A stretch of 20,000 bases of DNA from Chiloscyllium plagiosum (taxonomy: Eukaryota), in contig NC_057749.1 in assembly GCF_004010195.1 (NCBI RefSeq), forward strand, positions 18,508,839-18,528,838, in the 5' to 3' direction. Position 1 is the first letter of the stretch. Each line of letters begins with the position of its first letter. Shown here one piece after another: positions 10,603 through 20,000 of this stretch. The notes below the pieces were generated by a model. That model had not been told where the DNA came from, did no database searches, and saw only the letters and a list, made by a program, of their open reading frames with translations. The translations under genes were made by a program, and so were the position numbers.

Positions 10603-10722
10603 TGAGAGAGAGGGAGACAACTGATGGTAGTTTACCCTAAGTTTCACAACACTTCAGGCAAGGCAGGAGGTTGAGAGTCCTTCATGGCACCCTCAGCTAG
10701 TGATGGGAATTGAAGCTACGAT
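10603..10722 (-). mobile_element. Probable decayed tRNA-derived SINE fragment
   Basis: Reverse complement starts with a box-B-like GCTTCAATTCCC, then ..GCTGAGG..CATGAAGGACTCTCAACCTC..CTCTCTCTC, like an elasmobranch SINE body I recall. Family not named. Confidence 0.45.
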
Positions 10723-10859
10723 GTAATAGTTTCCTACCACTGATATTAGACTCACTGCTCTGTAATTCCCTGGTTTATCACTAATGATTATTAATGCTCC
10801 CATGAAATTATCAATAAAGATGCTTTGTACTTGAGAACAACTTTTTAAAAGATAATTTT

Positions 10860-13800
10860 GCCTGTTTTGGATATAGTAACGTGTAATGAGGTATGTTTAA
10901 TAAATTATCTCAGAGCTAATTAATCTTCTCGGAAACAGTGCCCGGTATAATTTAGCATTCAGATTGAGAGGGGGACACTTTAATGGAAACATCTGTGCAA
11001 AACTTAAATCAGGGCAGAGTTGGCTCATGTGAACAATTTAGCAAAAAAGACAGCGGTTGAATGTAGATACACTCGTGTGAGGAGGATAGATTGCAGGAAG
11101 AGGATAAACCTGACCAAAGAAAATCAGGATAGTATCAAATTGAAAGAAAAAGCATGCAACGTGAGAGAATCACTGGGAAGCCAAAGGACTGGGAAAGTAC
11201 TGAAGGCAAACAAAGAATGCGCAAAACTAAAGGGAGAAGATGATTTTGAAAGGGTAACAAGTAAGTAATACTTTAAAAAGGATTGTAAAAGTTTCCTTAA
11301 ATGTAGAAAAGGCAAAGAGAGATCAAAGTGAATACAGCCCTCTGGGAGAATGAGTCTGGGGAAATAATGGAGCCAGGCAGTAGCAGAGCAGTTGAATGAA
11401 CTTTGTATCAGCCTTCACCATAGGGAACACGAGGAGCATTCTAAAAATACTCAGTAATCACTGGGGTAAAGCTGGGCAGGAAGCAAATACAGTAACTATC
11501 ACTCGAGAAAAGTACTATGGAAAGTGAGCAGACCAACCTGAGGATTGAGGTACCTGGGGTTAGTGCAGAGTTGGAGTTTAACAAGTAATTTTATCTCCTG
11601 GCAAGAAAGTGAGGTGGTTCCTGAATCTCACTTTGCATTCAGGCTTTGGCCTGGCTGAGCCTGCTTTCAAATTCACTGAAAGTCTGACTGAGGGAGGTTC
11701 TGTGAAGGCGATGTTGCAGAAGGTGGGACTAAGACCATGGTGTCAACTATCTGCAGACAGCTCTGGTTGAGCAGCTGAAGATCATAACAGGAAATAGTCA
11801 GGGGGGTGAGATATCTATCAGAACTGGGAACAAACTACACCAGAGATTGTCATGAGCAACATTACTATTGGTGGCAGGAAAGGAGTACATTGGCAGGAGC
11901 CTGGGGACATGTTGGACGGCAGCGAATGGAGAAGCAGAGCGGGTGAAGGCTACGGAGAGGGAAGGGTGAATTTCTGAAGCTGCTTCAGTTTTAGGAGTAT
12001 CAATTTAATATTAATTTATTCAGTCATCCAAGATGGCACCGGAATGTGTCAACATTATACATTTGTCACTCGTGCCTGGGTACAAGCGGCAATCTTAAAT
12101 GAATGTAACTCGAAGGAAACGAACAGGGCTAAAAGCTATAGGATGTTAAAGGAAGGTAAGTACAGAGATAATGGATGCATTCTTCAGGAATCCTTAGATT
12201 CTAGAAAAGTTGCAGAGAATTAGAAAACTGCCAACATACCATCTTTATTTTTAAAAAGCAATGTAACAAGTAACTATTGGCCAGTTAACCTAAAATCTAT
12301 TATGAAGAAACCATTGAGAGTCTATTACAAAGGATGTAATATCAGGGCATGTAGAAGCACAGTAGCTCAGTGGTTAGTAGTGTTGCCTCACAGCACCGGG
12401 GTCCCAGGTTCGATTCCAGCCTCAGGCAACTGTGTCTGCGTGAAGTTTGCACGTTCTCCCCGTGTCTGTGTGGGTTTCCTCCCAGTGCTTTAGTTTCCAT
12501 CCAAAGATGTGCAGGTTTGGTGGATCGGCCATGCTAAATTGCCCATAGTGTCCAGGGAAGTGCAGAGTTACAGAGACAGAGTGGGTCTAGGTGAGAAGCT
12601 CTTTGGAGGGTCGGTATGGATTTAAGGGGCTGAATGGCTTGCCTCCACACTGTAGGGATTCTATGAATCAAGTGAAGTCAGCATAGCTTCAAGAAGAGGC
12701 AGTCATGTCTGACATATTCTGTAGAATTCTTTGTAGAGACAACAACAGGATATATGTTTGGATTTTCAGCAATTTAAGGTACCGAACATGAGGGTATTTA
12801 GTAAGATAAGAGCACAAGATGTTGGAGGCGCTATATTAGCATGGATAGAGGGTTTGATAATGACTAAAAGACAGAGTTGAGATAAGGGAGGCATTTTCAG
12901 GATTCTTGGAACCAGTGGAATGCCACAGGGATCAGTGCTGGGCCACAGTTATTCACAATACTGTATATATTACTGACTTGAATGAGGAAAGTGCAACTAC
13001 AGTAGCCAAGTTTACAGGTGATACAAATCAGTGGGAGGGCAAATGGTGAGGAAGGCACAGATTCTGCAGAGAGATAAGTGAAGTGAATAGATAAAACCTC
13101 ACAGATGGAATATAATGTGGGAAATGTAAGGTTTGACAGGAAGAATAGCAGAGCTAAGTATTATTTACATGGAGAAAGACTGCAGAACAGAGGGATTTAT
13201 GGGACCTGATGTATAAATCACAAAAAGCTAGCATCCAAAGTCAGTGGGCAACACGGAAAGTAAATAAAATGGTCGCCTTTGTTTCATTCGGAATGGAATA
13301 CAGCCCCGTTTTCTGGTACTCAGGTGTCCAGAATTCTCGTACAGCTGGAAGAAATTTGTCAAGTTTCTTCAAAAATATCTGTTTGAACTTGTTCCAACAG
13401 GTTCCAGTGCATGTGTGTGCATCCACAATGTGGCTGTCCTATCGGTCCCTGCTGTCACTGCTGCCCCATGACCTCCCTCATACAGGCATCATTACAGTAG
13501 CAGCTAGTTGACCTTGTAATCATGTTAGAGCTGAAATCTTTCACCTATCAATCTGCTATTTCACAACAATTCAATCAAAAATGTGTTGCAGAAATTGGAA
13601 ATGGTGAAAATCATAATTTGCTTATGCAAGAATTCAGTTTCTATTCAAAGATTACTAGAGTGTACTGTACTGAATTTCTGTAGAAGTATTTCTTATGTAA
13701 CTGGTGACCCTGATTCCCTATACTTGCTGGATAATAGGGTGTTTATTGTGTTAAAGTAGGGAAGCATACCTAAAACGATATATAGCACTTTAAACAACAG

Positions 13801-14190
13801 CTGGAATACTGTGAATGGGTTTGGACCCTTAGGGAAGATGTACTGATATCAGAGGCACTCCAGGGTATGGAAGGACTGTCTTATTGAAACACGTAATAGT
13901 CTTGGAGGGCTTGACGGGGTAAACACTGAGAGTCTAGGACCAGATGGCATAATCTCAAGAGTAAGGGGGCACTCATTTAAGGTTGTGATGAGGAATTTTG
14001 TCTCTGAGGGCAGTGAATTCTTCAGGCTACGTCATTGAGTATATTCAGGGCTGGGAGACAAATTTTTAATCAGTATGGGAATCAAGGTTATGATGAAAAG
14101 GCAGGAAAGTGGAGTTGATTATCAGATGAGCCATAATCTCCTTGAATAGCTGAGCAGACTCAATCCAACAGTGGCCTATTCTTTATCGCA
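10860..14190 (+). mobile_element. Old, fragmented CR1 (pieces ~10860-11520, ~12140-12345, ~12668-13290, ~13820-14190) interrupted by other DNA
   Basis: Collinear degenerate ORF2 landmarks: AGAGAATTAGAAAACTGCCAAC..TAACTATTGGCCAGTTAACC (12214-12290), AGTGGAATGCCACAGGGATCAGTGCTGGG (SGMPQGSVLG, ~12914), GCCAAGTTTACAGGTGATAC, CAGATGGAATATAATGTGGG, and a tail-like end at ~14150-14185. Confidence 0.7.
12355..12667 (+). mobile_element. HE1-type V-SINE (tRNA head, V domain, CR1-derived tail)
   Basis: Box A TAGCTCAGTGG 12363-12373, box B GGTTCGATTCC 12407-12417, V domain GTTTGCACGTTCTCCCCGTGTCTGTGTGGGTTTCCTCC..CCAAAGATGTGCAGGTT..GGCCATGCTAAATTGCCC, and tail GGGCTGAATGGC..CACTGTAGGGATTCTATGA. Confidence 0.92.
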
Positions 14191-14687
14191 TTCAATTCTG
14201 GCCGCGACACTACAGAAAGGATGTGGAGGCTATGGGGAGAGTGCAGAGGAGGTTTCCCACGTGCTGCCTGGATCGGCAGGTATGAGCTATAAGGAGAGGC
14301 TAGAAAAACCTGGGTTGTTTTCTCTGGAACGAGGTTGAGGGGAGACCGAATGGAAATTTATAAAATTATGAAAGGCGCAGATAGGAATGATGGTCAGAAT
14401 CTTTTTCCCAGAATTGAAATGTCTAAAACTAAGGGGCATGCATTTAAGGCGAGAGGGGTAAAAGTTCAAAGGAGATGTGAGGGGCAATTAGTTTACACAG
14501 AGAGTGGTAGGAGTATGGAATGCACTACCAAGGCTGGTGTGGGGGCAGATATGTAGGGACGTTTAAGGGGCTTTTAGATTAACACGAGTAAGCAAGGAAT
14601 GGAGGGATTAGTTTAATTTGGCGACATGTTCAGTGCAACATTGTGGGCTGAAGGGCCTGTTCCTTTGCTGTACAGTTCTATGTTCTG
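14190..14687 (+). mobile_element. 5'-truncated CR1 3' end
   Basis: RGDRMEIYKIMKGADR..LFPRIEMSKTKGHAFK; tail GGGCTGAAGGGCCTGTTCCTTTGCTGTACAGTTCTATGTTCT. Confidence 0.92.
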
Positions 14688-17600
14688 CTCCTACATCTTA
14701 CGGTCATGGATTCATCTTTCCCAATTTTGATAATGGCTGCTTTGTTTCTCATCCTGTTCCTTTTTCCTTCCAGGATCTGAAGGGATGCAATCACTTCACT
14801 CAAAATCATGTGACTGGATCACATGAGGACGGTCTCCATTTTCTTAAACATCAGTTCAATGGTGTTCCTGGTTACTGCCATGAAGTTGGGCAGACTAATG
14901 TAATGTTTCTCCTGTAGGACTGTAGAGACCTTGGTAATGGAGTTCTGATGCCTATTGGATGGGTTCTGGTGGTTAAGAGCAGGAGGGGTGACAGGCCTGC
15001 CTGTCTCACTGTGTAGATATATTATAGAATGCACTCTGATCTGACTTGCCAACCCTGCCAGTTTTTTAAGATTGACTGCATCAATGCTGTTGTTGAGTTC
15101 ACTGCTTTATGAGGACTGAAGGGAATGATAATACTAGCCTGCTATAGGGCTGTTCTGACCTTTGGGCACTCTTTAATGACCTGGCCTGGATTGGAAGTTG
15201 TTGATTTGCAAGTGACTCAATCATTACTGACATCCTAAATTAATTATGAAACTTTATTTGAATGAACAATGAATAGATTCTGGAATATTGGTGCTATCAG
15301 TCTGCCTTCTCATTCCTGTGTCACCCTTTGCAGTGCACCTTTTAACCAAGGAGATAGCCCAGGAGCCTTGGGCCCTGGCCCACCCACCTTCAGACAATGT
15401 TTAGTGCGGCAGGGAACAGGTTCTGCTGGCTCTCAAGATCCTGGGGAAGCAATGCAGCACAAAATGGAAGGAGAGTGATTCTTCTTCAAGGTGAGCATGG
15501 CTGCTCCTTTGTTCCAGGAGGGGAGACAGTCTCGCCCTGGTGAGATTTGACGTTCGTCTGAAGTCGAAATGACATTTGATAGGCCCCCTGGGACTTCTAG
15601 CCACTTTGAAAGTCTGCCTGGAGTTGATTCAAATGCTGAGGTAGTGCAAACACAGCTGTCCGAGCTCGCGAAAAGGACTCGATAGATACTTCGTCTCTTC
15701 TCCTCAAAGTGAGAAGTTGTTTTGGGGCTGGAGAGTGGAACTTGTCCTGTTTCAAGCTGTGTCACGATCAGCCAAACAGCAAAGCTTCTCCATTTTCTGT
15801 TCTGCTCCAGTCCTAGAGAGGCCTGCAGTCCCCACCACCAGAATGGTATTTTCTCCCATTGGTCCTCAGCAGCGTCCATCAATCTCTCTTGTCATTGTTG
15901 CCACATCCTGAGTGGTCAGCCTCTGTCTAATTGATGTGTGATCGAGTCTGACCAACCTCAATGCTCATAGAAAGTAGTTGGAGGAGGGTCCCAGCTGGCT
16001 GAGCTCTGCGTTCCTGACCAGCCCCTTCAGCTGAAAGACCCTGAAGCACATCTGCTACGATACACCACCATCATCTTCTGCATTCTCCAAATACACATCA
16101 ACGTGCTACCACCAGCCATCGAGTCCATATGAGAGGGACAAGCAGATGGCATTTAGAATCAGATTGTAGAAATGGAAACTGTTCCACCAGACTGACTTCT
16201 GCTTGGAAACAGTAGTATAAATAAGGCTTCCATATCCCTCTGCACCCAGGGCGCTGCATCAGTTTCTGTTTGTAACAATTGAAACATGTTAGAGTACAAT
16301 TCAGAATGTGTCTAGGGAAGTACATCATTGAGGTCATTCTGATCACCTTTAAAATACAATGTGCTCCAGACCAGAGGCTTAAAGCTGATGCTGCCAGTTT
16401 CAACCCATTGTTGTGTTTCTTTTTGCTTGATGGCTTTGTATCGAGTGTTAGTGTATCAGAGCACAGATTTTACCTTTCAATGAGTGAGTCCCAGATTGGC
16501 TGCACGGGAGCAAGGATTAGCAGCCTTAAACCCTTGGGAAATGTAAATAGCATCATTTATAAATCAGGAGCAGTATCCACAAAAGGCACTTACTTTACGT
16601 AGGATTCACACAAAACATATACACCAGTTTATTTTCATTTCCAGAGAGCAGTTTCCAGCTATTCTGTATATAAATCCCTTCAACCTCATGATTGGAATCT
16701 AACGTGACGCACACTCAACGTTCCATGCTCCTTTGGCAACTTCAGGCTGGTTTGAAATCTGAGAGGTGCTTGTTTGGAACTGTGGTTGTCTTGTAAGATG
16801 CGCACAAATACGGAAACACACAGATAACATGCACAAATCCCGTCCACGCACAGCCACCCCAAATCTAATGACTGTGTGAGAGATCTGAGGTGGTGCCATC
16901 CAGTGGAGAGAGCCAATAGTCTGATTAACCAGGCTGCCAGGAGATCAGCTTCAGTTACACCACGAACTAGGGACCACCTTTCTTGCCTTTATCAAGCCAC
17001 CAAGAGACACGGAGGGCAGATCCTCATCACTGTAGTGACTATTTCCTCCCTTTAAAAACCTATACCTGGTGTTAGAACATTTGGCACAGGTTTCTTAATT
17101 GTTTAGCTTCTGAATTCTTAAAGCTGTTCTCAAGCTTGAGGTTACGGGTTGCTGGGAATAATGTTTTGGGAACTATTGCACCTTTCATCCGGAATATCTG
17201 GCACAGATTAATGCTGTTCTGTCTTGTGTGAATAATAGAGTTGGGGTGAGGGCAGGATACCCCAGAATGAAATGATCAATGTTTTTGTGATTGGGCAATC
17301 TATAATCAGTGCGGGTTTTGTGTTGATGTTTGAACCCTGTGCCTGAGAAAGCAGTGACCTCCCATCAGCTGACAGACTGCACCTCTCTGCTCACTATATC
17401 TCGCACTGCTGCCTTGGAGCAGCATCCGCTGTTCCCTGTCAGGACAGGCTAACCTTTTCATGATGGTTTCCCAATAAACAAGAGTTAAGTTCTGGAGGCA
17501 GAGTTTGTTGTTAAAATGCTGGCAAATGTTTCTGTATTGTTGCTGCAATTTTTCATTCACCTGACAAAGTGTGTGGGGAAGTGAGTTTGTCTTCAAGGGG

Positions 17601-18499
17601 AGTGTCCCAGTCCTCGCAGGACTCTGTTTGGACTAGCTCGGGTCAGGATATAATAAACCCTGCCAAGGTGCCACAGTGCACCTAAAGGGATGGTCACAAT
17701 CTAATCTGCTTCATCACCTTTGTAATAGAGAGTTAGAATGGTCAACAAAGGGTTTTTAAAAAAAAAATACTGTTACGCTGTAAAAAGAGAAAGAGCAACT
17801 TGTTTTTCCTGTTATTGGATGGTTCTTGATGTTCCTCCCTCTCTCTTTGTGTCATCGATTTTATGCATTCTCGCAGCCATTTGTTTTCCTGCTCCAATGA
17901 GGCATCCTCTCTGCCCCTCTGTTTCCAGAGTTAATTTTCCCCCCCCCCCCCGTCTACTCAGTGTGTAATGTAACCACCCGTTGCTGCCCGGCGCCGTTTG
18001 CTGTAAATATTGTACAGAGAAACTATTGTAAAATGTTCTTTTTAAAGAAAAGTCCTAGATTTTGATTTCCAGAGATTTTTTTTTTGTTTGTGAAGTTGTT
18101 TCCAAAATCCTAATTATGTGATTTTTTTATCATCTTGAACCCTGCTGTTAGGTGCTGGTGAATTCTATGGTGTCGGTGGGCCCCACAAAACCCTTCCCTT
18201 TAAAAATGTGGAGTTTGTTTTAATACTGGGTTAGAATTTGCTTCCCATTACAAAACTCTCCAGAGTGCCTGACTGCACTTTCCTCATTCTGACTGTGCAA
18301 AATAACCAGTGTCTTTCACACTCCTAACTAGATCCCCATCCTGATCCCTGTGCCAAGTATCAGCCTATTGTGTCAAGTCTCTTCCACTGCACTTAACCGA
18401 AGCTCTGGTTCTGAAAATCACGTTTCCACAAACTCGCCGTTCTCTCAGTTTCTGCTCCCTATTGAGCATCAGCAGCCCTGCACTGTAACTGAAGTACTA

Positions 18500-18900
18500 C
18501 ACAGCACAGGAACAGACCCTTAGACCCACCAGGAAAGCTAAGGAAGGAAATACTGACCATGGAGGGGATGCAGGGAATGATCACCAGCCTGATTTCTGGG
18601 ACAACAGAGTAGTCCACTGGGGAGAGATTGAGCAGACTGGGCTAGCACTCCTTGGAGTTTAGAAATGACCTCATAGAAACTTATAAAATACTTACCATGG
18701 CAAAGTTAATACAGAAAGGATGTTTCCTCAGGCTGTGGTGTCTGAAGCTAGGAGATAGAACTTCAGGGTAAGGGGAGGCCATTTGGGACTGAGGAGAGGG
18801 GTGTCCTCTCTGGGTGCAGTGAACATTTGGAATTCTCTACCCCAGAGGATTGTGGATGCTCAGTCATTGAGTATGTTCAAGACTGATACCACAAATAACT
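18500..18900 (+). mobile_element. Old CR1 3' fragment (preceded by a ~30-bp antisense CR1 tail at ~18500-18531)
   Basis: GGAGAGATTGAGCAGACTGGG..TTGGAGTTTAGAA..GACCTCATAGAAACTTATAAAATAC; ORF piece AVNIWNSLPQRIVDAQSLSMFK. Confidence 0.8.
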
Positions 18901-19506
18901 TGATGGATTCTAACATCACCTTGAATGTCACAACAGACAAAAGTAGGAGAGGGATAGTTCAAGCAGACATTCACACACACACACTTGCTGCGCGGGGGTG
19001 AGGGGAGGTACCTTCCTTGCCGAGAGTAGGTGCAACAGTTTGTGCCCAAGTGAAGGGACTTGTCTCTGTTTCACTCGGACCAACACTGGAAAAGGTTTGA
19101 ACCCATCCTTCATGTAAGGCTGTGGTACACTGAGCTGAAAATGTGTTGTTGGAAAAGCATACACTGACCCACTCCCCCTGGTCTTCACCAGTCACCATCG
19201 AGGGGAAACCTTGCTGTTCTTGTATTTCATTTGTCCTGTACTGTTCTATAGTTTCCTGACCCCAATTTCTAACCTTGCCCCGTCCGTCCCTCCCCCGTGA
19301 ATGTAGCTGTGCGTCAGACTGACGGAGCCTCACCGGTACTTGAAGTGTAGACGTTTACAACATATTATTTTTGTTGCTGCGTTGAATTGGTTTCCTGATA
19401 AGTCAACTGAAAGCTCTTACTAGTGTATCTCATGTAAAGTGTATATTAAGGAGTTCTTTTTTATACAGTACTGTACCTTGCCTTGTGCATTTAGGCAAAA
19501 AAAAGT

Positions 19507-19512
19507 AATAAA
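19507..19512 (+). terminator. Polyadenylation signal AATAAA
   Basis: Several upstream TGTA motifs (19424-19475), CA dinucleotides 14-20 nt downstream, then a GU/U-rich tract TGTAGTCTTGTCTTTTTCTTCTG (19539-19561). Confidence 0.7.
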
Positions 19513-19669
19513 TCTTTTTATGAGACAATCACAACTCCTGTAGTCTTGTCTTTTTCTTCTGATTAATTATTGTTGCAAGTTTGTGGAGCACTCATTGCAA
19601 TATTGTGGCTTAATGTGAGTGCATTTTTGGAGGTTTGACCTGCTCAATTGATGCATAGACAGTGATAGT

Positions 19670-20000
19670 ATTATGGAAGGGCAGCTGTTCACAGGTAAAG
19701 GGACGGCTGGAAAATGGGAAGCCTTCAGAAATGAGGTAACGAGAATCCAGAGACAGTATATTCCTGTCAGGGTGAAAGGGAAGGCTGGTAGGTATAGGGA
19801 ATGCTGGATGACTAAAGAAATTGAGGGTTTGGTTAAGAAAAAGAAGGAAGCATATGTCAGGTATAGACAGGATAGATCGAGTGAAACCTTAGACAAGTAT
19901 AAAGAAAGTAGGAGTATACTTAAGAGGGAAATCAGGAATGCAAAATGGGGACATAGCTTTGGCAAATAGAATTAAGGAGAATCCAAAGAGTTTTTACAAA
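19670..20000 (+). mobile_element. CR1 ORF2 internal segment, continues beyond the window
   Basis: GKGTAGKWEAFRNEVTRIQRQYIPVRVKGK..WMTKEIEGLVKKKKEAY, homologous to 960-1250. Confidence 0.9.

Larger units (their letters stand above)
16645..19530 (+). other. ZNF609: Predicted terminal exon / 3' UTR of the ZNF609-like gene
   Basis: Strong acceptor ttttattttcatttccag| at 16644. Downstream DNA is largely repeat-free, with UTR-like U-rich and TGTA-rich blocks (17750-18230, 19340-19520), and ends at AATAAA. Start is inferred without transcript data. Confidence 0.6.

Noticed and set aside
12355..12425. tRNA gene
   Set aside because: A and B boxes are followed by the V domain and a LINE-derived tail, so it is a SINE head.
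1..20000. CRISPR array, prokaryotic RT system, rRNA or operon
   Set aside because: No regular repeat-spacer structure; all RT motifs belong to eukaryotic CR1 or Penelope elements.

Overview
Eukaryotic genomic DNA, most likely from a cartilaginous fish (shark/ray), inferred from an HE1-type V-SINE and dense CR1 LINEs. The window holds the 3' end of a + strand ZNF609-like gene (ZNF608/609 family). Two coding exons (5757-5916, 8535-8620 including TGA) are followed by an ~8 kb intron and a probable ~2.9 kb terminal 3'-UTR exon (16645 to ~19530, AATAAA at 19507). Most of the rest is decayed retroelements (many CR1 copies on both strands, one Penelope fragment, SINEs), plus a 257-N gap. Most supplied ORFs are retroelement fragments or noise. 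The most unusual signals are: (i) a 74-bp near-identical copy of the ZNF609 exon at the truncated 5' end of an antisense CR1 1.45 kb upstream, forming a phase-compatible cryptic exon; (ii) a 24-bp inverted, locally templated insert at a CR1/Penelope head-to-head junction; (iii) two tandem splice donors around the stop codon, which could give an alternative C-terminus. I found no convincing wholly new biological system. Family assignments come from recalled motifs, not database searches.
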